Shown: one piece after another, positions 1 to 8,499 of the stretch
Layout: each line of letters opens with the position of its first letter
Position numbering within the stretch: position 1 is the first letter of the stretch
Assembly (NCBI GenBank): GCA_964022095.1
Contig: CAXHZO010000028.1
Location: 1 to 17,458, forward strand
DNA: 17,458 bases
Reading direction: 5' to 3'
Origin: an uncultured Arcobacteraceae bacterium
GTDB taxonomy: Bacteria; Campylobacterota; Campylobacteria; Campylobacterales; Arcobacteraceae
Made by a program: the position numbers and the translations under genes
The notes under the pieces: generated by a model
Seen by the model: the letters and a program-made list of their open reading frames with translations, nothing else
Database searches by the model: none
Told to the model about the DNA's origin: nothing

Positions 1-47
1 TGATAATACTGCAGGTTTCACTTGTGGAAACGTAGGCCGCTGCCAGC
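1..47 (+). rRNA. rrf: 5S rRNA, 3' portion (5' end lies outside the window)
   Basis: TGATAATACTGCAGG-TTTCA-CTTGTGGAAACGTAGGCCGCTGCCAG follows the bacterial 5S 3'-half pattern (GATxxTACTGC...GTGGxAAxGTAGGxCGxTGCCAG). It is GC-richer than the flanks and is followed by a terminator. The 3' end is approximate. Confidence 0.9.
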
Positions 48-67
48 TCTTGAGTTTTTTTATACAC

Positions 68-119
68 AAAGCTTAGCTATTTATACTTACTCAAGTATTT
101 ATTGCTAAGCTTTTTTTTT
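68..119 (+). terminator. Intrinsic terminator downstream of 5S rRNA
   Basis: AAAGCTTAGC (68-77) pairs with GCTAAGCTTT (104-113). An inner stem ATACTT/AAGTAT lies at 83-88/93-98, and a T9 run follows at 111-119. Confidence 0.8.
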
Positions 120-186
120 AGCCCCTCTTTTTTTTAATTGATTAAAAACTATTCAGCTTTGCAACCTTTTTGTAATAAATATCATA

Positions 187-215
187 TATAATATTATTAA
201 TAAATTCAAAAAGGA
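187..215 (+). promoter_or_regulatory. Putative sigma70 -10 box and RBS for the small ORF at 222
   Basis: TATAAT at 187-192; AAGGA at 211-215, 6 nt before ATG 222. The AT-rich background weakens the -10 call. Confidence 0.5.
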
Positions 216-221
216 TATAAA

Positions 222-368
222 ATGGAATTATTAAATAGTTATATCGAAGATAAATATAGCTCATTTGATGTGAGTGTAGTTAAAGATAAAAAAGATCAAT
301 ATAAATCTTATATAATGTTAGATGGATATGTAATAGGTGTTAGAATAGATGTAGGAAGTGATGACTAA
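222..368 (+). CDS. Hypothetical small protein, 48 aa (MELLNSYIEDKYSSFDVSVVKDKKDQYKSYIMLDGYVIGVRIDVGSDD), not in the ORF track
   Basis: Translated by hand from ATG 222 to TAA 366-368. It has a good SD, an upstream TATAAT, fills the intergenic gap, and ends in a hairpin shared with the convergent gene. Confidence 0.65.
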   Translation: MELLNSYIEDKYSSFDVSVVKDKKDQYKSYIMLDGYVIGVRIDVGSDD

Positions 369-391
369 GACAAGTTTAATAACTTGCCTTA
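366..391. terminator. Hairpin between the convergent small ORF and cyclophilin gene (possible bidirectional terminator)
   Basis: TAAG-A-CAAGTT / TAAT loop / AACTTG-C-CTTA. The stem ends are the two stop codons. U-tracts are poor. Confidence 0.5.
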
Positions 392-898
392 ATCTCTATT
401 TTCTAAAATTTTAATCGAAACGATTTTACTTCCTTGAGTAACTTTATCTAAGTTAGCAAAACTTTCAGAGTCATTATCTTCAATTCCTCCAAATACTGTA
501 TGGCCACCGTCTAAATGAGGACAAGGTACAAAACATATAAAAAACTGGCTACCACCTGTATTTTTACCTGCATGTGCCATTGATAAAGTACCTCTTTTAT
601 GTACTTGCTTATCTGCATTAGTTTCACATTCTATTGCCCAACCTGGACCTCCCATACCTGAACCTTCAGGACAACCACCTTGTGCCATAAATCCTGGAAT
701 TACCCTATGAAAACTTAAATTATCATAGAACCCATCATTTGCTAGTGTAGCAAAGTTAGAAACAGCTATTGGAGTCTCTTCATTAAATAGTTTTAACCAA
801 ATATCCCCATTTTCTGTTGTTACTTTTGCGTAATTGTATTTTGATAATTCTTCTTTTGGAAGATTATACTCTTTTAGTTCTTTGTTAAATCCAAACAT
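389..898 (-). CDS. ppiB: Cyclophilin-type peptidyl-prolyl cis-trans isomerase
   Basis: Motifs [32 protein letters not shown] and [19 protein letters not shown] upstream. Confidence 0.95.
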   Translation of the reverse strand: MFGFNKELKEYNLPKEELSKYNYAKVTTENGDIWLKLFNEETPIAVSNFATLANDGFYDNLSFHRVIPGFMAQGGCPEGSGMGGPGWAIECETNADKQVHKRGTLSMAHAGKNTGGSQFFICFVPCPHLDGGHTVFGGIEDNDSESFANLDKVTQGSKIVSIKILENRD

Positions 899-910
899 AT
901 TTCTCCTTTT

Positions 911-2782
911 TTATTTTGAAATTATATCTTTTTTAGGTGTAAGATAATTTAATTTAATTAGATTTTGAATAATTTCTTTAAATACTGGAACTGCTGACCA
1001 TGATGCATAATAGTAATACCAATTTTTCCCTGTAGATATTGGATCAATAACAGTTACTCCTATTGTGTATGAATTCTCGCCATCATTAACAAATCCAAAG
1101 AATGATGATATATATTTTTTTAGATATTTACCACCCCTTGCAATTTGAGCTGTACCTGTTTTACCACCAATTGTTAATCCATCCATTTTTGCAGCTCTTC
1201 CCGTACCTTCTTCTACAGTTTTAATTAGCATTCTTCTAATTTCATTAGCTGTTTTTTTACTTATAATTTGCTCTTGTGTTTCATCATATGCTTTATATTT
1301 ACTATTGTTGTGTTCTAAATGAGAAACAATTTGTGGTGTTGATATATATCCATTATTCTCAAATACTGAGTATGATTTAAGTACTTGCATAAAAGTTGAT
1401 GTCATACCTTGTCCATATGAAACTGTAGCTTTAAATACATTATCTTCACCCTCTTTATCTCCAGCAGAAAACTGCCATACTTTAGGCATAATTCCTTTTC
1501 TTTCATAGGGTAAATCTATTCCACTTTTTCTTGTATACCCAAATCTTTTTAAGCCTTCATAAAATTCTGGGCCTGTTAATCTTTGAGCAATTTGTAAAGT
1601 CCCTATATTTGATGAAAATATAACTATATCATCTAATGTTAAATAATGCTTTTTAAATCTATGGTCATCTTTTATTGTATATTTCCCAAGTTTATATCTA
1701 CCCTTTGGAAATTCACCCTCTTTATTTGGTTTTCCTTTTGTGTTATATGCGAAAAATAGTTCATTTTCTTTAATTCTATTTTTATCCATTGCAAGTGCAA
1801 TTGAAATTGGTTTTAAAACAGATCCTGGCTCAAAAGGGTACTCAATAGCTCTTACATTTAAAGATGGAATATCTTCTTGTTTAATTTTTTGAGGATTGAA
1901 TCTATTTGATGATGCAAGTGTAATTACTTTACCAGTTTTACTTTCCATAACAGAAACTATGATTTCTTCAGCCCCTAGTTTTTTCTTATATTTATCAAGT
2001 ACTAATTCGTTGTTTTTTTGAAGTTTTAAAGGAATATTTAATTTTAGCGTTGCTCCGTCAGTTCTTTTTCTAATTGTGGAGTTTTTATCAAATGAGATAT
2101 AAGATAATACATCTCTATTCCCTTCTAGTAATCCATCATTTGATTGATTTAGAACTTTATTGTAACTTTTTTCTAATCCTTTTATTCCTTTAACTCTTGT
2201 TTTTCCTTCTTTTGTTTCAAACTTTGAAATATAACCTACAACAGGAGTCAAAGTATCTTCATATGAAAATAATCGTTTTTCACCACTTTCTCTTATATTA
2301 AGACCTCTTAATATTTTTGTGCCATTGATTCTTTTTGATATAAACACGTCTAGTTTTATTAATTTAAATGCTAGTTGCTTTAGGTTTTTGGCACTTCTTG
2401 AATCAATATTATAAGATAACACTAAATACCCAGGAGATTTCTTTCCTTCATTTAGTTTCTTTTTTATTTTTTTATATTCAATATTACTGTATATGGAAAA
2501 TAGATTTAAAAATAGTTCTTCTTTTTGTGGATCTAAATATCTACTATCAATAGATGCTGTGTAAAGTTTTTTTGATGTTGAAATCTTAAAGTTATCAGCA
2601 CTAATTATATCACCTCTTACTGATAGCTCTTTTTTTTCACTTCTTAAAGAAGGCAAATGCCTTTTTTCACTAATTGTTCTAAATATTGAAATTACTAATA
2701 TAAATAAGAAGAAAAAAATTATTAAGAACAGTATTGCAATTTTTTTGGTTTTATTAACCGTTTCGATTTTTTTTGAAGACAT
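911..2782 (-). CDS. ftsI: Class B penicillin-binding protein (FtsI/PBP3-like transpeptidase)
   Basis: N-terminal TM anchor, RGDIISAD dimerisation motif, GIKGLEKSYN, SxxK (EPGSVLK), SxN (SSN) and KTGT. Start moved from 2833 to ATG 2782 (MSSKK, GGA upstream) because the longer ORF overlaps ftsW head-to-head. Confidence 0.88.
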   Translation of the reverse strand: MSSKKIETVNKTKKIAILFLIIFFFLFILVISIFRTISEKRHLPSLRSEKKELSVRGDIISADNFKISTSKKLYTASIDSRYLDPQKEELFLNLFSIYSNIEYKKIKKKLNEGKKSPGYLVLSYNIDSRSAKNLKQLAFKLIKLDVFISKRINGTKILRGLNIRESGEKRLFSYEDTLTPVVGYISKFETKEGKTRVKGIKGLEKSYNKVLNQSNDGLLEGNRDVLSYISFDKNSTIRKRTDGATLKLNIPLKLQKNNELVLDKYKKKLGAEEIIVSVMESKTGKVITLASSNRFNPQKIKQEDIPSLNVRAIEYPFEPGSVLKPISIALAMDKNRIKENELFFAYNTKGKPNKEGEFPKGRYKLGKYTIKDDHRFKKHYLTLDDIVIFSSNIGTLQIAQRLTGPEFYEGLKRFGYTRKSGIDLPYERKGIMPKVWQFSAGDKEGEDNVFKATVSYGQGMTSTFMQVLKSYSVFENNGYISTPQIVSHLEHNNSKYKAYDETQEQIISKKTANEIRRMLIKTVEEGTGRAAKMDGLTIGGKTGTAQIARGGKYLKKYISSFFGFVNDGENSYTIGVTVIDPISTGKNWYYYYASWSAVPVFKEIIQNLIKLNYLTPKKDIISK

Positions 2783-2795
2783 CTTTATCCATATT

Positions 2796-2823
2796 ATTAT
2801 ATAATGAGAAATGTATTTTAACA
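2796..2823. promoter_or_regulatory. Candidate divergent promoters for ftsI and ftsW
   Basis: Palindrome ATTATATAAT at 2796-2805 gives TATAAT on both strands. An extended -10 TGtTAAAAT lies on the minus strand at 2823-2815. Confidence 0.5.
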
Positions 2824-4070
2824 AAAACAACATTAAAGCAATTTATAATAATACAAAACATGATGGTGCAGACTACACATTGTTTTTTTTAGTATCATTA
2901 CTCATTACAATAAGCGTTATCTTTTCATACTCTTTAACTATTTATACTGTAGAGTATTTTGGATATAACCAATTTCATTTTTTCTTAAGACAGGCTTTTG
3001 TAGGAATGCTTTCAATACTGATTATGTGGTCTTTTTCTTTAATTGACCCTGACAAGTTAATTGGAAAAGTAGGTATGGGACTTTTTATTTTATTCTTTTT
3101 TATTATGGCTATTATGCCATTTTTACCCTCTTCTTTTGTTACAGCCTCAGGTGGAGCTAATAGGTGGATAAGACTTCCAGGTTTTTCACTTTCTCCTGTA
3201 GAGTTTTTTAAAATAGGATTTATATATTTTTTATCTTGGTCATTTCATAGGAAAGTTATTGATAAACCTAGAAAAATTGGCTTAAAGGATGAGGCTTTAT
3301 TATTAGCTCCATATTTTTTCGCTTTTTTTGTAGTAGTATTTATAGTGGCATTCTTGCAAAAAGATTTAGGACAAGTTGTACTTTTAGGAGTAATTTTAGT
3401 TGTATTACTTATCTTTGCAAACAGATCTTTTAAATTATTTTTAGTTTTAGGAGCACTTGCTTTAGTTGGTCTTATTGGGTTAATTTTAGCTGCACCTCAT
3501 AGAATAAAAAGAATTTATTCTTGGTGGGCTATGGTTCAAGATGGTATATTGTCAGTACTTCCTTCATGGGCAGAACCTTACTTAAGAATTGAAGAACTAC
3601 CTGAACCCTACCAAGTATCCCATTCTTTAAATGCAATACACAATGGAGGTTTTTTTGGACAAGGTGTATCATTGGGAGATATTAAAGTTGGCTTTTTATC
3701 TGAAGTTCATACGGATTTTGTTTTAGCTGGAATTACTGAAGAAGTAGGACTAATAGGTTTTATTTGTTTAGTTTCAATTTTATTTATGATTGTTTGGAGA
3801 ATTTTTAGAATAAGTAGAAGAGTGAAAAACCCAATTTATCATTTATTTACTTTAGGAATTGCTTTAATGATTATTGTTGCTTTCTTAATTAATTCCTATG
3901 GTATTTCTGGAATGATTCCAATTAAAGGTATAGCTGTGCCATTTTTGTCTTATGGTGGTTCATCAATGTTATCCATGGCAATAGCTATTGGTTTAGTTTT
4001 ATCAATAAGTAGAAAAGTAAAATTTGAAGAAGAAAAACAGAAGGTAAAATTAGTAAATGAAAAAAAATAG
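2811..4070 (+). CDS. ftsW: SEDS-family peptidoglycan polymerase FtsW
   Basis: Multi-TM protein with GANRWI, SPVEFFK, QKDLG, YQVSHS...GGFFGQG, LSEVHTDF and PFLSYGGSS; directly upstream of murG and next to ftsI. Confidence 0.92.
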   Translation: MYFNKNNIKAIYNNTKHDGADYTLFFLVSLLITISVIFSYSLTIYTVEYFGYNQFHFFLRQAFVGMLSILIMWSFSLIDPDKLIGKVGMGLFILFFFIMAIMPFLPSSFVTASGGANRWIRLPGFSLSPVEFFKIGFIYFLSWSFHRKVIDKPRKIGLKDEALLLAPYFFAFFVVVFIVAFLQKDLGQVVLLGVILVVLLIFANRSFKLFLVLGALALVGLIGLILAAPHRIKRIYSWWAMVQDGILSVLPSWAEPYLRIEELPEPYQVSHSLNAIHNGGFFGQGVSLGDIKVGFLSEVHTDFVLAGITEEVGLIGFICLVSILFMIVWRIFRISRRVKNPIYHLFTLGIALMIIVAFLINSYGISGMIPIKGIAVPFLSYGGSSMLSMAIAIGLVLSISRKVKFEEEKQKVKLVNEKK

Positions 4071-5091
4071 AATAGTTATCACTGGTGGTGGAACTGGTGG
4101 ACATTTAAAAGTTGCAGACTCTTTTATTGAAGAACTTCATAATAGAGGTCATCATATTATCTATATAGGCTCAACTAACGGCCAAGATAAATCATGGTTT
4201 GAGTTTGATGATAGAATTGATGAAAAAGTATTTTTAGATACGAAAGGTGTAGTTAATAAAAAATTTATTGGGAAAATATTTTCTTTATTAAATATATTTA
4301 CTAAAACATTAAAATGTATTGGAATCTATAATAAATTTAATGTTAGAAAAGTTATTAGTGTTGGAGGTTACTCTGCTGCAGCTGCAACTTTTGCTTCAAT
4401 TATTAAACCTAAATGTCAATTATATATACATGAACAAAACTCTAAAATGGGTACTTTAAATGAAATTACAAGTAAGTTTGCAACAGAATTATTTTCATCA
4501 TTTGATGATAACTCTTTAGTAAAAGATTATCCAGTAAGTGATGTTTTCTTTAAAAGTGCAAGATTAAGAACCGAAGTTAAGTGCATAGCTTTTTTTGGTG
4601 GATCTCAAGGTGCTGTTGCTATTAATAATTTTGCTTTACAATTAGCAAGTCAATTAAATGATATGGGTATTAAAATTATTCATCAAGCAGGAAAAAAAGA
4701 TTATGAAAGAGTTAAAAAAGAGTATGAAAAATTAAATATTGATGCTGATGTTTTTGACTTTACAAAAGATATTTTATCAAAGATGAATGAAGCTGATTTT
4801 GCAGTAAGTAGAGCAGGAGCATCAACTTTATGGGAAATGTGTGCTAATTGCTTACCATCATTTTTTATTCCTTATCCATATGCTGCAAAAGATCATCAAT
4901 ATTATAATGCAAAAGATTTACAGCAGAAAGGTTTATGTTTTTTACAAAGAGAAAAAGATTTAAAAGAAGTAGAGTTTTTTAAAGCTATTAATAGTGATAT
5001 CAAAACTATTAGTGAAAACTTAAAAAACTCAATTAAACCTGATTCTGTAAATAAAATTTTAGATATTATTTTAGATAAGAGTAAGAAGTAA
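4057..5091 (+). CDS. murG: Undecaprenyl-PP-MurNAc-pentapeptide GlcNAc transferase MurG
   Basis: Motifs GGGTGGH, GGYS, HEQN, GGSQGA, SRAGAST and HQYYNA; overlaps ftsW by 14 nt. Confidence 0.96.
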   Translation: MKKNRIVITGGGTGGHLKVADSFIEELHNRGHHIIYIGSTNGQDKSWFEFDDRIDEKVFLDTKGVVNKKFIGKIFSLLNIFTKTLKCIGIYNKFNVRKVISVGGYSAAAATFASIIKPKCQLYIHEQNSKMGTLNEITSKFATELFSSFDDNSLVKDYPVSDVFFKSARLRTEVKCIAFFGGSQGAVAINNFALQLASQLNDMGIKIIHQAGKKDYERVKKEYEKLNIDADVFDFTKDILSKMNEADFAVSRAGASTLWEMCANCLPSFFIPYPYAAKDHQYYNAKDLQQKGLCFLQREKDLKEVEFFKAINSDIKTISENLKNSIKPDSVNKILDIILDKSKK

Positions 5092-5838
5092 TATTCCAAA
5101 TAATATTCTATAAATACCAAATGCGACAAAAGTGAAGTTTTCTAAAAACTTTAAAAATACTTTTATTGCTAAGAATGCAACTATAAAAGATACGATAAAT
5201 CCAACAATTAAATTTGTAAAATGAGCGCTTGTTAAAAGCTCTTCATGATGTTTTAATAAATCATATCCTGTTGTTGCACACATAACTGGAAATGCTAATA
5301 AAAAAGAGAATTCCGCACTAGCTTTTCTATTTAATCCAACAAGCATTGCTCCAATAATACTAGAACCAGCTCTTGATGTTCCCGGAATTAGCGCAAATAT
5401 TTGTGCAAAACCTATCCATGCTGCTTGCTTATATGTAACATCTTCAACATCTAAAGTATGAGTGGCTTTTTCATCATAGAACTTTTCAACTATTAAAAAT
5501 ATAACTCCTCCAACAATAAACATCCATGCAACAATTTCAAAAGTGAAAAGTGATTTTACTACATCTGAAAATATGAATCCAATTATTGCAATTGGTAAAA
5601 ATGCAATGAAAACTTTAGTCCATAAACTAATATGAGATAAAGTGAATTTTGAAGGATAGTTTAATACTACAGCTAAAATAGCTGCAAATTGAATAATTAC
5701 TTCAAATGCTTTATTTATATTTGATTGCTCTAAACCTAAAAATTCACTAGCAACAATTAAGTGCCCAGTAGATGAGATAGGTAAAAACTCCGTAATACCT
5801 TCAATAATACCTAATATTATCGTATCAAATATTGTCAT
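5071..5838 (-). CDS. uppP: Undecaprenyl-diphosphate phosphatase (BacA/UppP)
   Basis: Signatures [25 protein letters not shown] and AEFSFLLA; hydrophobic; ends FGIYRI. Confidence 0.96.
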   Translation of the reverse strand: MTIFDTIILGIIEGITEFLPISSTGHLIVASEFLGLEQSNINKAFEVIIQFAAILAVVLNYPSKFTLSHISLWTKVFIAFLPIAIIGFIFSDVVKSLFTFEIVAWMFIVGGVIFLIVEKFYDEKATHTLDVEDVTYKQAAWIGFAQIFALIPGTSRAGSSIIGAMLVGLNRKASAEFSFLLAFPVMCATTGYDLLKHHEELLTSAHFTNLIVGFIVSFIVAFLAIKVFLKFLENFTFVAFGIYRILFGILLLTLI

Positions 5839-6497
5839 ATAATTCCTTTTTCTTTTGATAATTTAAAAAATAGCTTTAATGCTTTTTTCTCTTTAGTCCC
5901 AATTTCATAATCTATTTTTGTTAAATAGTTTAAGATTTGATTTTTTGTAAGACCACTTCTTTTGGCATATTGTTGTAAAATGTATTGAGGTATCTTTATA
6001 TGCCTTTTGTTGAAGTTTTTAACTGTTTTTTTTAATTGATACTCATTTTTGTTATAACAAAGTCTTGCAAAAACAAAAGGCAGACCATACTTTTCTTTCC
6101 ATTTTAATGCTAAGTCGATTACATTTTCTGTATCATTATTGTGATAATACTTTAATGCTTTATCACCAATAAGAATTTTACCTTGGACATTTAATATTAA
6201 GGCTAATGCATTTGAAGTATCAGATTGATAATCTTTTTCATATTTCCCAGGTATTGCAAGAACGGATAAAACATCATTTTTTGCAATAATTCCTAAATCT
6301 AAAGATTTTTCATTTTTTGATTTAATTGAAGATATAAATGCACTATGAACATTTCTTTTTTTAAATCTCTTATTGATGTGAGAAGGGTATGATTTATTGT
6401 ATTCAATAATTTGTTTTAATTGTGAAGATTTTATATTTTTCTTTAAATATATATGAAATGGTAAAAGGTTTATAAAATCTATTTTGGCGAAGATCAT
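5835..6497 (-). CDS. mqnA: MqnA/MqnD-family menaquinone (futalosine pathway) protein, probably chorismate dehydratase MqnA
   Basis: N-terminal [22 protein letters not shown] and [15 protein letters not shown] match the MqnA pattern; ATGA overlap with uppP. Confidence 0.82.
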   Translation of the reverse strand: MIFAKIDFINLLPFHIYLKKNIKSSQLKQIIEYNKSYPSHINKRFKKRNVHSAFISSIKSKNEKSLDLGIIAKNDVLSVLAIPGKYEKDYQSDTSNALALILNVQGKILIGDKALKYYHNNDTENVIDLALKWKEKYGLPFVFARLCYNKNEYQLKKTVKNFNKRHIKIPQYILQQYAKRSGLTKNQILNYLTKIDYEIGTKEKKALKLFFKLSKEKGII

Positions 6498-6536
6498 AAA
6501 AGGTATATCCCTTGAAAAAGTTAAAATTTTTTTCGC

Positions 6537-6548
6537 TATAATATTATA
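6537..6548. promoter_or_regulatory. Paired -10 boxes for divergent mqnA and moaD
   Basis: Perfect palindrome TATAATATTATA; the + copy is preceded by GC (gnTATAAT). Confidence 0.5.
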
Positions 6549-6571
6549 AACTTAAGAAAAAAAGGCTTAAA

Positions 6572-6793
6572 GTGATAACAATAGAATTTTTAGGACCAAT
6601 TAATAAAGATGACCTATTCTTAGATATAAAGAACTTAGGTGAGTTAGCAAATTATTTAAAAGAAGATGCTGAAGTTTCACAGTGGTTAGAAACTTGTGCT
6701 GTTGCAGTTAATGATACTTTAGTATCATCAAAAGATATAGATTTAAATAGTGGAGATAAAGTTTCATTATTACCTCCTGTATGTGGTGGATAA
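6572..6793 (+). CDS. moaD: Molybdopterin synthase sulfur carrier subunit
   Basis: 73-aa ubiquitin-like protein with VAVND and C-terminal LLPPVCGG; GTG start with AAGG RBS; adjacent to moaE. Confidence 0.92.
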   Translation: MITIEFLGPINKDDLFLDIKNLGELANYLKEDAEVSQWLETCAVAVNDTLVSSKDIDLNSGDKVSLLPPVCGG

Positions 6794-6796
6794 TTG

Positions 6797-7249
6797 ATGA
6801 AAGAGATAAATTATTTAGAATTATATGATGGTAGTTTACCAGTTGAAACTATTACAAATAATTGGTATAGTGAATTTAAAAATTCAAATTATGGTGCAAT
6901 AATTACATTTGTTGGTGTTGTTAGAGATGAAAATAATATAGAAGGTTTATCTTTTGATATTTATGAACCAATTTTAAAAAAATGGTTTAATGATTGGCAA
7001 GTTTATGCTAATGAAAAAAATGCAATTGTTTTAATGGCACATAGTAAAGGAGATGTTTTAAATCATGAAAGCTCTTATATCGCTGCTGTATGTTCTCCAA
7101 AAAGAAGAGTTGCTTTAGAATTAATTGATGAATTTGTTGAAGATTTTAAAGCAAAAGCTCCAATTTGGAAATATGATTTAATTAATAATAAAAGAGTTTA
7201 TGCTGAAGATAGAAGTACTAAAATAGAGGGTTCTGGCATATTAAAATGA
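6797..7249 (+). CDS. moaE: Molybdopterin synthase catalytic subunit
   Basis: Motifs GAIITFVGVVR, YEP, HSKG, SPKRR and KAKAPIWK. ATG 6797 preferred; TTG 6794 is an alternative. Confidence 0.93.
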   Translation: MKEINYLELYDGSLPVETITNNWYSEFKNSNYGAIITFVGVVRDENNIEGLSFDIYEPILKKWFNDWQVYANEKNAIVLMAHSKGDVLNHESSYIAAVCSPKRRVALELIDEFVEDFKAKAPIWKYDLINNKRVYAEDRSTKIEGSGILK

Positions 7250-8499
7250 AAAAATATTCAGTTCTAATAATTGATGATAGTACATCAATAGTAAAAGCTT
7301 TGAAAAATTTTTTGGAAGATAATTTAGAAATCGAAGTATTTACAGCAAAGAGTATGAAAGAAACAGCAAATGTTTTATTAAAACAAAAAGGTAAGTTTGA
7401 AGTTGTATTAGCAGATTTAGGTTTACCTGATGCTCCAAAGGGAGAAATCGTAGATTTTTTGAATAAATTCTCTTTGCCTATTGTCGTATTAACTGGAAGT
7501 GATACTTTAGAAAACGAAGAAAAATTCAAGAATAAAAATATAGTTGATTATATTATTAAAGATGGAATCTCTGCTTTAAATTATGCTGCATCTATCGTAA
7601 AAAGAATTATCAATAATAAAAAAGTGAAAATTTTATTAGTTGATGATTCAAATACTTTTATTGCAAAAGCTATGGATTTACTTTTAAGATATAAATATGA
7701 TGCAATGTATGCAACTAATGGAGTTGATGCTTATGAGTTATTGCAAAAAAATCAAGATATAAAAGTTGTTTTAACTGATTATTTAATGCCTAAAATGGAT
7801 GGTTTAGAGTTAACTAAAAAGATAAGAACAAACTATTCAAAAGATGAATTAGCAATTATTGTAACTTCAAATGATAAAAGTAGAAAAATTCCTGCAAAGT
7901 TTTTAAAACTTGGTGCAAATGATTTTTTATATAAAGGATTTTCCGATGAAGAGTTCTTTGCAAGAGTAAATTCCACTGTAGAAACACTAGAGTTATTTGA
8001 AAAATTAAAAACAAAAGTTAATATAGATTATTTAACTGGACTATATAATAGAAGATATTTATTTGAAGTGGGAAAAGAGTTATATGATGAATTTAAAGAG
8101 CAAAATAAAGATTTTACAGTTGCAATTTTAGATATAGACTATTTCAAAAAAATAAACGATACTTATGGTCATGACATTGGAGATATAGCAATAAAAGAAG
8201 TTGCAAATATACTAAGAAGTAATATATTAAATAACTCCATAATAAGTAGAATGGGTGGTGAAGAGTTTTGTATTTTATTTTATAATAGAGATAAACAAGA
8301 AGTAATCAAACTGCTTGAACATATTAGAGAAAGTTTTCAAAATAATTATATTGAAAAAGATGATATAAAATTCAATTATACTGTATCCATAGGTTGTAGC
8401 TTTGACTTTTCGAATGATTTAGATTCTATGGTGCAAATTGCAGATAAAAATCTTTACAGAGCTAAAGATGATGGAAGAAATAAGGTAAGATATAGATGA
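7246..8499 (+). CDS. Response regulator diguanylate cyclase (REC-REC-GGDEF, PleD/CbrR-like architecture)
   Basis: REC1 (IIDDS, D57, T, K), REC2 (LVDDS, D178 in TDYLMPKMDG, S/T, K) and a GGDEF domain (DYLTGLYNRR, DIDYFKKINDTYGHDIGD, RMGGEEF, ADKNLYRAKDDGRN). Confidence 0.93.
   Translation: MKKYSVLIIDDSTSIVKALKNFLEDNLEIEVFTAKSMKETANVLLKQKGKFEVVLADLGLPDAPKGEIVDFLNKFSLPIVVLTGSDTLENEEKFKNKNIVDYIIKDGISALNYAASIVKRIINNKKVKILLVDDSNTFIAKAMDLLLRYKYDAMYATNGVDAYELLQKNQDIKVVLTDYLMPKMDGLELTKKIRTNYSKDELAIIVTSNDKSRKIPAKFLKLGANDFLYKGFSDEEFFARVNSTVETLELFEKLKTKVNIDYLTGLYNRRYLFEVGKELYDEFKEQNKDFTVAILDIDYFKKINDTYGHDIGDIAIKEVANILRSNILNNSIISRMGGEEFCILFYNRDKQEVIKLLEHIRESFQNNYIEKDDIKFNYTVSIGCSFDFSNDLDSMVQIADKNLYRAKDDGRNKVRYR

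Noticed and set aside
2368..2553. 61-aa + strand ORF
   Set aside because: Antisense shadow inside ftsI with no recognisable motif.
2783..2833. 17-aa N-terminal extension of FtsI in the ORF track
   Set aside because: It overlaps ftsW head-to-head and covers the promoter region; ATG 2782 gives a normal short cytoplasmic tail before the TM helix.
4060..4067. A8 tract in the ftsW/murG overlap (and other A/T runs of 8-9 nt) as phase-variation sites
   Set aside because: Such runs are expected at this AT content, the genes are essential and in frame, and no long poly-G/C tracts are present.
4902..5129. 75-aa minus strand ORF
   Set aside because: Overlaps murG antisense and uppP out of frame; composition is typical of a shadow ORF.
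6498..6571. Possible Moco riboswitch or ModE site upstream of moaD
   Set aside because: The spacer is only 74 nt, very AT-rich and shared with mqnA; I see no structured leader and no convincing ModE box.
7218..7529. 103-aa minus strand ORF
   Set aside because: Antisense-frame shadow of the REC-GGDEF gene.
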